Source of the DNA: Rikenellaceae bacterium
Lineage (GTDB): Bacteria; Bacteroidota; Bacteroidia; Bacteroidales; Rikenellaceae
Assembly (NCBI GenBank): GCA_015059805.1
Contig: SUZO01000005.1
Span: forward strand, 12,285 to 76,284
Reading direction: 5' to 3'
Length of the DNA stretch: 64,000 nt
In this document: in pieces, positions 9,882-22,434 of the stretch
Layout: every line of letters begins with the position of its first letter
How positions within the stretch are numbered: the first letter of the stretch is position 1
The notes under the pieces: generated by a model
Databases searched by the model: none
What the model saw: only the letters and a program-made list of their open reading frames with translations
What the model was told of the DNA's origin: nothing
Made by a program: the position numbers and the translations under genes

Positions 9882-11147
9882 ATGTTTGCCCTTGCCGACT
9901 GCAATAACTTCTTTGCCTCTTGTGAGCGAGTTTTCCGCCCCGACTTGCAGGGCAAGCCTATCATTGTACTCTCAAGCAATGATGGCTGTGCTATTGCCAG
10001 AAGTAATGAAGCAAAGGCGTTGGGCATAAAGATGGGCGACCCATATTTTAAGATTCGCGCATTAGTTGAGAGGTGTAACGTTGCCGTCTTTTCGGGTAAT
10101 ATGGCGCTCTATGGCGATATGTCGCAGAGAGTCCGCTGGGTATTGGAAGAGTTTGCCCCAAATATTGAGGTGTACTCTATTGATGAGGCGTTTTTAGATT
10201 TGCGAGGGATGGAAAATATAGATTTTGACAACTATGCTAAAACCATCTCTGCAAGGTGCTGGAAGATGACCTCAATTCCTGTATCAGTAGGTATTGCACC
10301 GACAAAAACGCTTGCCAAGATAGCCTCAAAGCTCTGCAAACAGTATCCAAAACTTCGTGGAGGTTGCTATATGCACCGACCACAAGATATTGAGAAGGTG
10401 TTGCGCAAATTCCCCATTGAGGATGTCTGGGGCATTGGTCGCCGAACAGTACCTAAATTGAAGGCAATAGGGGTAAATAGCGCCTACGACTTTACACAGC
10501 TTTCGCAAAACTTAGTACACAAGATGCTCGGCATCACAGGCATAAGGACCTGGATGGAGTTGCAGGGTACGCCATGCATTGAGTTTGAAGATAGTTTCGA
10601 AGCAAAGCAGTCGATATGTGTTTCGCACAGTTTCTCATCTGAGATATATGAGTTAAAAGAGCTGCAAGAGCAGATTGCGAACTTCGCCTCAACTATGGCA
10701 GAAAAGCTACGTAAACAACACTCTGTAGCCTCAGAAATGGTAGTCTTTGCCTACACCAACCGTTTCAAAGAGTCCAACCCGCAGACTCACTCAAGCGCAT
10801 TGGTTTCATTTACAACGCCAACCTCTGACGCTCGCACCATTATCGCCCAAGCTGTAAGTGCAACCAAAAACCTCTTTAAGAAGGGGTATGGATATAAAAA
10901 GGCTGGCGTAGTTGCCACAAAATTAGTTGCTCAGAGTAGCGTTATGCACTCCCTTTTTGAGGATAGAGATACCATAGAGCGCGAGCATAAGATAACCACA
11001 GCACTCGATACAATAAACGCAACCTTTGGCAGAGGAACTATTAAACTTGCCGTTCAAGGCAGCGGTAAGATTAAAACTGCAAGCGAGAGCCAATCTCCTC
11101 ACTACACCACCCTCTGGAGCGATATTCCAACCGTTACGGTGAAGTAA
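9882..11147 (+). CDS. umuC: Y-family DNA polymerase, UmuC-like
   Basis: DCNNFFASCE and YSIDEAFLD motifs, C-terminal SPHYTT. Confidence 0.95.
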   Translation: MFALADCNNFFASCERVFRPDLQGKPIIVLSSNDGCAIARSNEAKALGIKMGDPYFKIRALVERCNVAVFSGNMALYGDMSQRVRWVLEEFAPNIEVYSIDEAFLDLRGMENIDFDNYAKTISARCWKMTSIPVSVGIAPTKTLAKIASKLCKQYPKLRGGCYMHRPQDIEKVLRKFPIEDVWGIGRRTVPKLKAIGVNSAYDFTQLSQNLVHKMLGITGIRTWMELQGTPCIEFEDSFEAKQSICVSHSFSSEIYELKELQEQIANFASTMAEKLRKQHSVASEMVVFAYTNRFKESNPQTHSSALVSFTTPTSDARTIIAQAVSATKNLFKKGYGYKKAGVVATKLVAQSSVMHSLFEDRDTIEREHKITTALDTINATFGRGTIKLAVQGSGKIKTASESQSPHYTTLWSDIPTVTVK

Positions 11148-11187
11148 AAAGATGCAGAAGGTACTCCTTACTTTCTGCATCTTTTTA
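11145..11187. terminator. Bidirectional terminator
   Basis: AAAAAGATGCAGAA / TTCTGCATCTTTTT between convergent genes. Confidence 0.75.
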
Positions 11188-11210
11188 TTACTATAATTGC
11201 TACTGGTCAC

Positions 11211-12377
11211 CTACAATGTAGAGAGCAGCTGATAGATTAAATATCCTAAATAGTTACCCACGGCGTAGCCAGCAAGACCATTTGTGATGCCGACAACTAC
11301 CACATCGCGGTTTTTCATCGTAGCTGCAATCATCGGCACGCAGACTGGAGAGTTTACCAGCGTGTTGGATGTAATTACTGCGGTATCTGCATCAATACGC
11401 AAAGGTCGCGCCAAGAGGATAGTAATAAAGAGCGAGCCAAATACAATAACCGTCTGGAACATCAGCACAAAGACGCTCTGCTCCCAGTTGATTGTAGCCA
11501 GGTCAGCCATTGTTGCCATCACCAAACAGAATACATAGATAAGGTACATACCCGCATCGTAACTCTTATCCCAACTACGCACCTGCTTTGATGCTGTCAT
11601 AAGCAACGATAGGGTAGTAATTGTCAAAATAAGCGCCACCATGGAGATGCCCGACTCGCCACCTACATACTTTCCAACAACCACAGATATACCCATAATC
11701 AAGACCGATGCCACAAGAACCTTAAGTAGCTGAATAATAGACGATTTAGTCGCAAAATCACGATATGGATTGTCGTTATTGTTATCAATCTCTACATCCT
11801 GCTCAATATGGTTGTTTTTGCCGACAACTTTGCGAGCAATAGCCACGCCACCACCCATAAGGAACATAAGATAGAAGAAGGATACTATAAGGTTGCAGGT
11901 CGATAACATTACAAAATTCTCAGTACTAAGACCTACCATCTGCTTTACCGCTGCAAGATTTGCCGCGCCACCAGTATATTGTCCCGCCAGCGCTGCTGCC
12001 ATCTTTGGAGACTCATCGCCAAGTTCGTCGGCAAACAATAGGTAACTCACCACAACAATAGCAGCTACAGAGATAACTCCAATAATAAACGCGCTAAGAC
12101 TCTTACCCACAGAGAACCTTCTGAAACTACAACCAAAGAGCATCATCGGCAATGCTAATGGAACAAGTATCTCCGATATGCTCTCTTGAAAACCAAGAAA
12201 TGAACTATGCGCCTCTGGATCGGATGGAAAAATGCCGATATTAGCCACTACAACACCGAGAATATATAACGTCAATACAGGTCCAAGCCTGCGAAGGAGA
12301 TCAAACTTATGCGTTGCCCACAACACTCCAGCGGGCGCAAGGAGATAGAATAGAATTAGTAGTATTTTTGCAATCAT
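11211..12377 (-). CDS. DUF819-like multi-pass membrane protein
   Basis: About ten hydrophobic helices, YTGGAANLAAV motif, C-terminal GYAVGNYLG; start at MIAKILL. Confidence 0.75.
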   Translation of the reverse strand: MIAKILLILFYLLAPAGVLWATHKFDLLRRLGPVLTLYILGVVVANIGIFPSDPEAHSSFLGFQESISEILVPLALPMMLFGCSFRRFSVGKSLSAFIIGVISVAAIVVVSYLLFADELGDESPKMAAALAGQYTGGAANLAAVKQMVGLSTENFVMLSTCNLIVSFFYLMFLMGGGVAIARKVVGKNNHIEQDVEIDNNNDNPYRDFATKSSIIQLLKVLVASVLIMGISVVVGKYVGGESGISMVALILTITTLSLLMTASKQVRSWDKSYDAGMYLIYVFCLVMATMADLATINWEQSVFVLMFQTVIVFGSLFITILLARPLRIDADTAVITSNTLVNSPVCVPMIAATMKNRDVVVVGITNGLAGYAVGNYLGYLIYQLLSTL

Positions 12378-12642
12378 AGGTTGAAAATGAGTTATTTTAT
12401 CGTGCAAATATAGACAAAATATCACAAAACGGGCAAAATATACACATTTTAGTGCAGACCGCTCCGAGACATCAGCGACATCCCATTCTTAATCTACAGA
12501 CTAAAAACTCTTTTCGCATGATTTTTTCGGTTCCCCACCGGAATTTCAGACTGAGCCCATATTACCGATGTAATCGGAAACCCTCGCAGTTGGGGTATAG
12601 ACAAAAAAAAAGAAGACAACCTTTCGATTGTCTTCTTTGGTG

Positions 12643-12716
12643 CGGTGCGTAGGGGACTCGAACCCCTGACCCCGTGCGTGACAGGCACGTATTCTAACCA
12701 GCTGAACTAACGCACC
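12643..12716 (-). tRNA. tRNA-Asp(GTC)
   Basis: GGTGCGTTAGTTCAGCTGGTTAGAATACGTGCCT-GTC-ACGCACGGGGTCAGGGGTTCGAGTCCCCTACGCACCG cloverleaf; terminator hairpin at about 12609-12638. Confidence 0.97.
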
Positions 12717-12844
12717 AAGAACCTTTTGCTTTCAGGAGTGTCACCACTGTTGTTCCTTTGTTGTTCCTTCCTGATTGCGAGTGCAAAGATAAGGCAAAAA
12801 TTTTATTCTGCAAACTTTTTTGCAACTTTTTTTCAAAAAAAATA

Positions 12845-13378
12845 CTACTTTTTGAAGAAAGAAAATTGAACACTACCATAACTTCTTGATTGCCAAAATA
12901 ATGGGTGATTTTCAAAATTATACTTATCAGAGTGTTCAAAAATGAAAATTCCATCCTCATTGAGTATATTACCATCCAAAACAAGTCCAACGACCTGCTC
13001 AAGACCCTCCAAATCGTATGGGGCATCAGAGAAAACAATATCAAAACTCTTTGGGCAGCTCTTAAGATAGAGAAAAACATTTGCCTTTACGGGGAAGATA
13101 TTATCTGCGCCGAGGCTTTTTGCCGTTGTACGGATAAAGTTGTGGTGTACGGCGTTAATCTCTACAGAGGTTACGCTATTTACACCACGAGAGGCAAACT
13201 CGTAGCTAATTGAGCCAGTACCTGAGAAGAGGTCAAGCACGTCGCACTGCTCAAAGTCCACAAGGTTCTGAAGGATATTAAACAAGTTCTCCTTAGCAAA
13301 GTCCGTTGTAGGTCTTGCGCGTAGATTCTTCGGCGGATTGATTGCTCTGCCGCGATATTTACCACTGATTATTCGCAT
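12845..13378 (-). CDS. rsmD: RsmD-family RNA methyltransferase
   Basis: MRIISGKYRG, RPTTD and LDLFSGTGS motifs, DAPY (DPPY-like). Confidence 0.9.
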   Translation of the reverse strand: MRIISGKYRGRAINPPKNLRARPTTDFAKENLFNILQNLVDFEQCDVLDLFSGTGSISYEFASRGVNSVTSVEINAVHHNFIRTTAKSLGADNIFPVKANVFLYLKSCPKSFDIVFSDAPYDLEGLEQVVGLVLDGNILNEDGIFIFEHSDKYNFENHPLFWQSRSYGSVQFSFFKK

Positions 13379-13971
13379 ATAACATTATAGTACTTTTTAA
13401 GAGCTTTTGCACTCTGCTGTGAGCCTATAATATATATAGGTATAGTCGTAGGGGTAGATGTTGCATCTAAAATATTTGCCACATAAAAGATTAGCTCATC
13501 AACACTCTCCACCTCCAGAGCCTCAGCAATCTGCAGCGTACTGTTGTACAGACGTAAGTAGCAGACCTTCTCAGCAAGCTCAACAACAAGACAATGCTCG
13601 CCATTATGAGTTGTAGAGAGTAGGGGAGTAGTCACCCTCAACCTTGAACCAAGTTGCTCAGAAAGCGCTGTATAGCAACTCTTAGAGATTGCAATAGCGG
13701 CGCACACATCACCAACAGGGGCGCTGAAAATAGCAACTTCATCACTCTGTGGAGCCTGACCCGTAATAGCAAGAGCCTGCTCAGCAGAGAGTTGTGAGGT
13801 AATAGTGGTCGGAACAAGGGTTACGCGCGGAGTATCTATACACACAACAACATCACCACTCTGAGCTATAGAGCCAAGAGTAGTTGCAGAAAAAAAGCGT
13901 CCACCCGAAGCAAGACGGATGGACGCTTTATTATCGGAGTTATTAGAGCTCCTCCCAGTTACCTGCCTCAT
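13369..13971 (-). CDS. Hypothetical protein, possibly DUF3822-like
   Basis: Overlaps both neighbours; family suggested only by its position upstream of rsmD. Confidence 0.55.
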   Translation of the reverse strand: MRQVTGRSSNNSDNKASIRLASGGRFFSATTLGSIAQSGDVVVCIDTPRVTLVPTTITSQLSAEQALAITGQAPQSDEVAIFSAPVGDVCAAIAISKSCYTALSEQLGSRLRVTTPLLSTTHNGEHCLVVELAEKVCYLRLYNSTLQIAEALEVESVDELIFYVANILDATSTPTTIPIYIIGSQQSAKALKKYYNVICE

Positions 13972-14587
13972 TGTTACCACGGTCCATAGCACCGAACTTG
14001 ATGCCAGGGTACTTATTAAGAACGTTCAGACAGTTGTCTACAAGATTGATAACCTCCTGACGGTAAACTACAGTATCAAGGAAGTTAATATAAGGTGCAC
14101 GGCACTCTACAGTAGGGATGACAATCTTAGACTCTGTAGTAAGGATAGCCGCCTCAAGGTAGAACTCCTTATTGTCTGAATAAGGGATGTAGCGGAGATT
14201 CTTAATATCCTCCTCAGAAAGGTGCTTAAACAGAGAGTCCTTAACTGAGTAGGTAAACTTCTCTACGTTCTTGAACTTGCGACCATACTTCTTACGAGCC
14301 TGAGCCATAGCAACAGAGTCATCCTCGTCAATAAGACGACGCTCACCCTCCATAGTCTCGTTGAGAACGAAGTTGATAAGAGAGTCAAAGTCAGCAGTAA
14401 AGTGCTGATACTTACTCTTAAACTGACGCTCTGCGGTACGGATATCCTTGATACGAGTGATAACCGCCTTCTCACGAACTTTCTGCTCCTCAGCAAACTT
14501 GATAGGTGTTGAAATTAGGACGTAGACATAGAAGCCCAGACCTGCTGCTGCCAAAGCGAGCACTAATTGTAGTAGTTTCTTTCCCAT
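13943..14587 (-). CDS. Conserved hypothetical protein with N-terminal membrane anchor
   Basis: N-terminal hydrophobic helix, C-terminal AGNWE motif, coding-like codon usage. Confidence 0.75.
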   Translation of the reverse strand: MGKKLLQLVLALAAAGLGFYVYVLISTPIKFAEEQKVREKAVITRIKDIRTAERQFKSKYQHFTADFDSLINFVLNETMEGERRLIDEDDSVAMAQARKKYGRKFKNVEKFTYSVKDSLFKHLSEEDIKNLRYIPYSDNKEFYLEAAILTTESKIVIPTVECRAPYINFLDTVVYRQEVINLVDNCLNVLNKYPGIKFGAMDRGNNEAGNWEEL

Positions 14588-14678
14588 TTTTAGAAATAAT
14601 TTTAATTTATAATTTTTTTATTTAGTTGCAGAGCTACGAAAAAAATGCTATGTTTGTAGCCAAATAAAACAACTGAAA

Positions 14679-16097
14679 ATGCAAAGCATCACAATTGCGA
14701 CCCAAATTTACGCAAAATTATCGTTTCAACCAACGGAAAATCAAAAAAAAATCATCAATTCCCTCTCAAACTACCTTTCAGATGATGATTTTTCTAAATT
14801 TTTCGTACTGAACGGATATGCGGGCACTGGCAAAACTACCTTAATTGCTGCTGTAGTTGATGCCCTTAAATCGTTAGGTATCAAAACGATATTACTTGCA
14901 CCAACGGGTCGTGCTGCTAAAGTTTTGTCAAAGTATGCTAATCAAAAGGCTCTAACGATTCACAAAAGGATATATCGTGAGCAGACAAACGCTCAATATG
15001 AGTCAAAATTCTCTCTTAACCTCAATCGTGAGGTAGATGCGCTATTTATTGTTGATGAGGCATCTATGCTCTCAACCGTCAGCAGTTCAGACAAGACTCT
15101 TTTTGGAAGCGGCTCGTTGTTAGACGATCTAATTCAGTATGTCAGAAGTGGCAAGCGCTGCAGACTCATGCTTGTTGGCGACTCGGCGCAGTTGCCACCT
15201 GTGGGTGATGATTTTAGCCCAGCACTATCACCTGCGGAGTTACTACCTTATGCTGATGTCGTCTATGAGACTATGGACGAGGTGGTGCGTCAAGAGCAGA
15301 CATCTGGCATACTATTCAATGCCACGCTTGTAAGATGCATGCTTGAGAATGGAATTTACGAAATACCGAAGCTTGACACAAGTTACGATGATGTTGAAGC
15401 GCTCAATGGTGGCGAGTTTTTAGAGCGCCTACAGGAGTGTTATGACCGATATGGAAGAGATGAGACAATAGTAATCACCCGCTCAAACAAGCGCGCCAAT
15501 AGGTATAACGAGGGCATTAGGCGCAACACACTCTTTGCCGAGGAGGAGATTGAGAGTGGAGATATGCTGATGGTTGTAAAGAACAACTACCACTATACAG
15601 AGCGCATAGAGGATTGTCCGATGAGTTTTATTGCTAACGGAGATATAGCCAAGCTAAAGAAAATCCGTCGCTTTGAGTCACTCTACGGCTTTAGATACGC
15701 CTCTGCAATTTTAGAATTTGCCGATTACGACAACACTGAAATAGAGTGCAAGATTCTACTTGACACTCTTAGTTCCGAGTCACCATCGCTCACATACGAG
15801 CAGTCACAAAAACTCTTTTATGAGGTAGAGAAGGATTACACTGACATAAAGAGTAAAATCAAACGTTTTAAGGAGATACGCGAAAACGACTACTTCAACG
15901 CGCTACAAATTAAGTTCTCCTACGCTGTCACATGCCACAAAGCCCAAGGAGGACAGTGGAGCGCTGTATTTATTGACAGATTCCTATTTGGAGAGGAGAT
16001 GATGACCAAAGATATGCTTAGATGGCTATATACTGCACTTACACGAGCCACAGAGAGGGTATTTTTTGTCAATTTTGACGAGAGTTTCTTTGAATAA
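14679..16097 (+). CDS. RecD-like superfamily 1 helicase / ATP-dependent nuclease
   Basis: GYAGTGKT, APTGRAA, VDEASM, GDSAQLPPV, YAVTCHKAQG and YTALTRA motifs. Confidence 0.9.
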   Translation: MQSITIATQIYAKLSFQPTENQKKIINSLSNYLSDDDFSKFFVLNGYAGTGKTTLIAAVVDALKSLGIKTILLAPTGRAAKVLSKYANQKALTIHKRIYREQTNAQYESKFSLNLNREVDALFIVDEASMLSTVSSSDKTLFGSGSLLDDLIQYVRSGKRCRLMLVGDSAQLPPVGDDFSPALSPAELLPYADVVYETMDEVVRQEQTSGILFNATLVRCMLENGIYEIPKLDTSYDDVEALNGGEFLERLQECYDRYGRDETIVITRSNKRANRYNEGIRRNTLFAEEEIESGDMLMVVKNNYHYTERIEDCPMSFIANGDIAKLKKIRRFESLYGFRYASAILEFADYDNTEIECKILLDTLSSESPSLTYEQSQKLFYEVEKDYTDIKSKIKRFKEIRENDYFNALQIKFSYAVTCHKAQGGQWSAVFIDRFLFGEEMMTKDMLRWLYTALTRATERVFFVNFDESFFE

Positions 16098-16125
16098 TCG
16101 CATTAAATTGTTATCTTTGCCGATT

Positions 16126-18792
16126 ATGGCAGTAGAGAAAAAATATGTTGAGACACCCTTGATGAAGCAGTACTATCAAATCAAGGCTGTTCACCCTGAT
16201 GCGATTCTTCTATTTCGTGTTGGCGACTTTTACGAGACTTTTGGCGACGATGCTATAGCAGCATCTTCAATCCTCGGCATAACCCTCACTAAGCGAGCTA
16301 ATGGCGCAGCCTCTTCGGTTGAGCTTGCTGGTTTTCCACACCATGCTGTAGATACATATCTGCCTAAATTGGTGCGCGCAGGTAAGCGCGTGGCTATATG
16401 TGAGCAGTTGGAGGACCCAAAGACAGTCAAGGGACTTGTTAAGAGAGGTGTTATAGAACTTGTGACGCCAGGAGTTACGCTGAGCGAAAATATTATTGAA
16501 AACAAGGAGAACAACTACTTAGCTGCCGTATGCTTTGGCAAGGATAAGACTGGAGTTGCATTCTTAGATATTACAACTGGTGATTTTTTTGTAGCAGAGG
16601 GTAGTGATAAGTATGTGGAGAAGTTAATCTCCAGCCTTGCACCTAAGGAGATTGTCTACCAGCGTGGTTGCGAGGAGCGGTTTAAGAGCGCCTTTGGTAC
16701 AAAACATTACACCTACAGATTAGAGCAGTGGGTCTTCTCATATCAGGTAAATGTAGATAAGCTCTGCACACAATTTGGCACCCAATCGTTGCGAGGCTTT
16801 GGTGTAGAGGGCATGATAGATGGCATTACCGCCGCTGGAGCTATTCTGTACTACCTTGAGTTTACAGAGCACAAGCAGATAGCCCACATCAGTTCAATTT
16901 CACGTTTAGACGAGAGTGACTATGTATGGATTGATAAGTTTACAATCCGCAACCTTGAACTTTTCAGCTCCAATGGTAGTGATAAGACCTCATTCGCTAA
17001 GGTTATAGACCGCACAGCAACTCCAATGGGAGGTCGTCTACTTCGTCGCTGGATTGCCATGCCAATACTCGACATTGAGCGTATCACTCGTCGTCAGGAT
17101 GTTGTCAGCGCCTTTGTTGAAGATAGATCTCTTGCCGCTTCAGTACATGAACAGGTTGGCGCAATAGGTGACTTGGAGCGCATTGCTTCGCGCATCGCCT
17201 CTATGAGGGTTACACCGCGAGAGTTAGTACAACTTAAGAACTCACTCTTTGCCGTTGAACTTCTCAAGGCTGCATTAGAGTCTACTGACAACCACGTACT
17301 ACACACGATAGCTGACAAAATAGACCCACTAATAGCTGTACGAGAGCGATTAGCGCACGATATTTACCCTGACCCTACCAATAACCAGATTCAGAAGGGT
17401 GGCATTATTGCCGATGGGGTAAATGCTGAACTTGACGATTTACGCCGTATAGCTCTGCATGGCAAGGATGTTCTTCAGGCGATACAACAGCGCGAGAGCG
17501 AGGCTACAGGTATACCATCACTCAAGATTAGCTACAACAACGTCTTTGGCTACTACATTGAGGTTCGCAACACCTATAAAGATAGAGTCCCAGAGGGTTG
17601 GATTCGCAAGCAGACTCTCACCTCTGCCGAGCGATACATCACAGAGGAACTTAAGGAGTATGAGAGTAAAATCTTAGGTGCAGAGGAGCGCATGCTTATT
17701 CTTGAGCAGCAGATTTACAACGAGATACTATCGTTTATATCATTACATCTCAAGCAGTTACAAACAGATGCTAAGGCTGTGGCTACGATAGACTGTCTAC
17801 TAAGCTTTGCAACTCTTGCCGTTGAGCGTAACTACTGCCGCCCAACACTTGATGATGGGGTAAAGATTGAACTCAAAGCGGCTCGTCACCCTGTTATTGA
17901 GACGCTGATGGGGGTAGGAGAGCAGTATATCCCTAACGACCTTGTTTTAGACTCTCAAAATGAGCAGATTATCATCATCACTGGTCCTAATATGTCGGGT
18001 AAGTCTGCACTTTTACGCCAGACAGCGCTAATAGTACTTATGGCGCAGATGGGTTCATTTGTACCGGCAGACAAGGCACACATAGGCATTGTAGATAAAA
18101 TCTTTACGCGTGTAGGTGCTAGTGACAATATCTCACAAGGTGAGTCCACCTTTATGGTTGAGATGTTGGAGAGTGCAAGCATTCTAAACAACATTTCTAA
18201 GCGTAGCCTTGTGTTACTTGACGAGATTGGTCGCGGAACAAGTACATACGACGGCATATCAATAGCCTGGTCAATGGTTGAGTACCTTCACAACCACCGC
18301 AATCTGCAGCCAAGAACTCTCTTTGCAACACACTACCACGAGCTTAATGAGCTTGAGCAGATGTGCCAGCGAGTGAAGAACTACCACGTCTCTGTCAAGG
18401 AGGTGGATAATACAATCGTCTTTTTGCGCAAGTTAGAGAGGGGCGGCACAGAGCACTCATTTGGTATCCATGTAGCACGAATGGCAGGTATGCCGACCTC
18501 TATAGTTGAGCGAGCAACCTCAATTCTCAAAAACCTGGAGCAGGTATATGGAGATAATGAGATTGTACCTTCCGTATCTCCATCAGCACGCAAGAAAGGG
18601 CGCAAACCATCACCATCAGTTGCTGGGGCAACTCAACCTGCTGCAGATGCTATACAGCTATCAATGTTCAAGATTGACGACCCAGTGCTGATTCAGATAC
18701 GTGATCAGATTAAGGGATTGGATATCAACTCGTTAACTCCACTTGAAGCACTTAATTTGTTGAGCGAAATAAAAAAGATTGCAGAGGTTTAG
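16126..18792 (+). CDS. mutS: DNA mismatch repair protein MutS
   Basis: TPLMKQY, GDFYE, GPNMSGKS, STFMVEM and DEIGRGT motifs. Confidence 0.98.
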   Translation: MAVEKKYVETPLMKQYYQIKAVHPDAILLFRVGDFYETFGDDAIAASSILGITLTKRANGAASSVELAGFPHHAVDTYLPKLVRAGKRVAICEQLEDPKTVKGLVKRGVIELVTPGVTLSENIIENKENNYLAAVCFGKDKTGVAFLDITTGDFFVAEGSDKYVEKLISSLAPKEIVYQRGCEERFKSAFGTKHYTYRLEQWVFSYQVNVDKLCTQFGTQSLRGFGVEGMIDGITAAGAILYYLEFTEHKQIAHISSISRLDESDYVWIDKFTIRNLELFSSNGSDKTSFAKVIDRTATPMGGRLLRRWIAMPILDIERITRRQDVVSAFVEDRSLAASVHEQVGAIGDLERIASRIASMRVTPRELVQLKNSLFAVELLKAALESTDNHVLHTIADKIDPLIAVRERLAHDIYPDPTNNQIQKGGIIADGVNAELDDLRRIALHGKDVLQAIQQRESEATGIPSLKISYNNVFGYYIEVRNTYKDRVPEGWIRKQTLTSAERYITEELKEYESKILGAEERMLILEQQIYNEILSFISLHLKQLQTDAKAVATIDCLLSFATLAVERNYCRPTLDDGVKIELKAARHPVIETLMGVGEQYIPNDLVLDSQNEQIIIITGPNMSGKSALLRQTALIVLMAQMGSFVPADKAHIGIVDKIFTRVGASDNISQGESTFMVEMLESASILNNISKRSLVLLDEIGRGTSTYDGISIAWSMVEYLHNHRNLQPRTLFATHYHELNELEQMCQRVKNYHVSVKEVDNTIVFLRKLERGGTEHSFGIHVARMAGMPTSIVERATSILKNLEQVYGDNEIVPSVSPSARKKGRKPSPSVAGATQPAADAIQLSMFKIDDPVLIQIRDQIKGLDINSLTPLEALNLLSEIKKIAEV

Positions 18793-18832
18793 AAATAATA
18801 AAGGACTGCCGCAGCAGTCCTTTATTATTTCT
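18791..18832. terminator. Bidirectional terminator between mutS and udk
   Basis: 19-bp perfect inverted repeat AGAAATAATAAAGGACTGC. Confidence 0.8.
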
Positions 18833-18844
18833 ATGTCGGATGAG

Positions 18845-19462
18845 CTATTTCTCTACTATTGAGCGGATGTTCTGTATAAGCATCTGCACCGCCACTGAGT
18901 TAAAGCCACCCTCAGGGATAATCACATCTGCATACTTCTTACTTGGCTCAACAAACTCCTCGTGCATTGGTTTAACGGTAGTGGTATACTGGTCAATTAC
19001 AGACTCCATGCTTCTACCTCTCTCGCGTACATCGCGCAGAATACGACGAGCAAGGCGAAGGTCTGCATCTGTATCCACAAAGACCTTAATATCCATCATA
19101 TCGCGCAGCTCCTTATTCTCAAAGATAAGAATGCCGTCAATAATAATAACCTTTGAAGGCTTTACAGGAACGGTCTCTGCTGTGCGATTATGGTCCACAA
19201 AGGAGTAAACAGGTCGCTCAATAGGAACATTATTCTTAAGAGCACGGATATGCTCAACAAGCATATCTGTATCAAACGACTGCGGATGGTCATAATTGAG
19301 TTTTGTACGCTCCTCGTATGTCAGTTCTGGATGAGCCTTGTAGTAGAAATCGTGACAAAGCGTAGCCACATCCTCACTGCGAAAAGCCTCCTGAAGTCGC
19401 TTTACAAGGGTACTCTTACCCGAACCTGTGCCACCTGCGACACCAATAACTGTTACCTCCAT
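18845..19462 (-). CDS. udk: Uridine kinase
   Basis: GVAGGTGSGKST, NYDHP, RDVRERGR and EPSKKYADVIIP motifs. Confidence 0.96.
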   Translation of the reverse strand: MEVTVIGVAGGTGSGKSTLVKRLQEAFRSEDVATLCHDFYYKAHPELTYEERTKLNYDHPQSFDTDMLVEHIRALKNNVPIERPVYSFVDHNRTAETVPVKPSKVIIIDGILIFENKELRDMMDIKVFVDTDADLRLARRILRDVRERGRSMESVIDQYTTTVKPMHEEFVEPSKKYADVIIPEGGFNSVAVQMLIQNIRSIVEK

Positions 19463-19529
19463 AGTCGTAATGTTTTAGATATAAAAAATTGGGAACAGCA
19501 TAGCCATTCCCAATATATAGTCAAGTTAA

Positions 19530-21512
<1,983 letters not shown>

Positions 21513-21569
21513 CTAAAAACGTACAAAGGTAGAAATTTTTTCTCAAACAACCAAATCTAAATCATAGAT

Positions 21570-22304
21570 TTAGTCATCAAATTCAACCTCTTTAACCTCC
21601 CCCTTGCTAAATAGCAACGTACGGGCTGGATAGCTCTCCACAAGAGCGGTGTTATGGGTGGCAATAACCACCGCAGTGCCAGATGCTGCAATTTCATGGA
21701 ACAGGCATATAATACCCTCTGCAGTTACTGGGTCAAGGTTACCTGTCGGCTCATCTGCAATAATCAATTTCGGAGAGCCAAGTAATGCACGAGCAATCAT
21801 AAGTCGCTGACACTCACCACCAGAAAGCTCAAACGGAAGTCTATATCGCTGACGTTCAAGTCCCACCTGATTAAGCACCTCTACAATGCGCTTAGAGATT
21901 CCTTGCTCATCACGCCAACCAGTCGCACGAAGCACAAAGGCGAGATTCTCATAGACATCGCACTCAGAAAGCACCTGCAAGTCTTGAAAAACCACACCTA
22001 TGCTGCGCCTAAGAGCCGAAACATCCTTGCGCCTCAACGACTGCAAATCAAAACCCACAACCTGTCCAGTACCCTCAAAAAGCGGTAACTCCCCGTAAAG
22101 AGTCTTGAGCAGCGAACTTTTACCACTACCAACACGACCAATCAAATAGACCACCTCGCCAGTGTAAACCTTCAGATTAACACCCTCTAAGACACTTTCG
22201 CCCAACCTGCGGAAATTCTTAACGCTCAGCTCCTTATATGGGTCAGCACTGTGATATACAGTAGCTCCACGTAACTCAACAACACACTCTCTTACTTGTT
22301 CCAT
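21570..22304 (-). CDS. FtsE-like ABC ATP-binding protein
   Basis: GRVGSGKS, VFQD, LSGGE and ADEPTGNLDP motifs. Confidence 0.8.
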   Translation of the reverse strand: MEQVRECVVELRGATVYHSADPYKELSVKNFRRLGESVLEGVNLKVYTGEVVYLIGRVGSGKSSLLKTLYGELPLFEGTGQVVGFDLQSLRRKDVSALRRSIGVVFQDLQVLSECDVYENLAFVLRATGWRDEQGISKRIVEVLNQVGLERQRYRLPFELSGGECQRLMIARALLGSPKLIIADEPTGNLDPVTAEGIICLFHEIAASGTAVVIATHNTALVESYPARTLLFSKGEVKEVEFDD

Positions 22305-22323
22305 AATCGCAAAATTTCAATCT

Positions 22324-22390
22324 TCAAAGGTAATAATAATTTGCGACTTATGCAAATTGTTATTACAGCTATTGGCTGTTGGCCGTTAGC
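22324..22390 (-). repeat. Left copy of 67-bp inverted repeat, containing an outward-facing promoter
   Basis: 62/67 identical to the reverse complement of 23693-23759; minus strand contains TTTG...TACCTTTG; heptamer repeats (GCCGTTA-like) continue to about 22418. Confidence 0.9.
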
Positions 22391-22434
22391 CGTTAGCCGT
22401 TAGCCATTAGCTATTAGCGATTGACTTTTATAAT

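Noticed and set aside
7701-11147. umuDC as part of a prophage or ICE
   Set aside because: Flanks are housekeeping genes and there are no phage, conjugation or integrase genes.
12452-12600. Possible integrated-element remnant downstream of tRNA-Asp
   Set aside because: No duplicated tRNA 3' end, integrase fragment or convincing structure was found; left unexplained.
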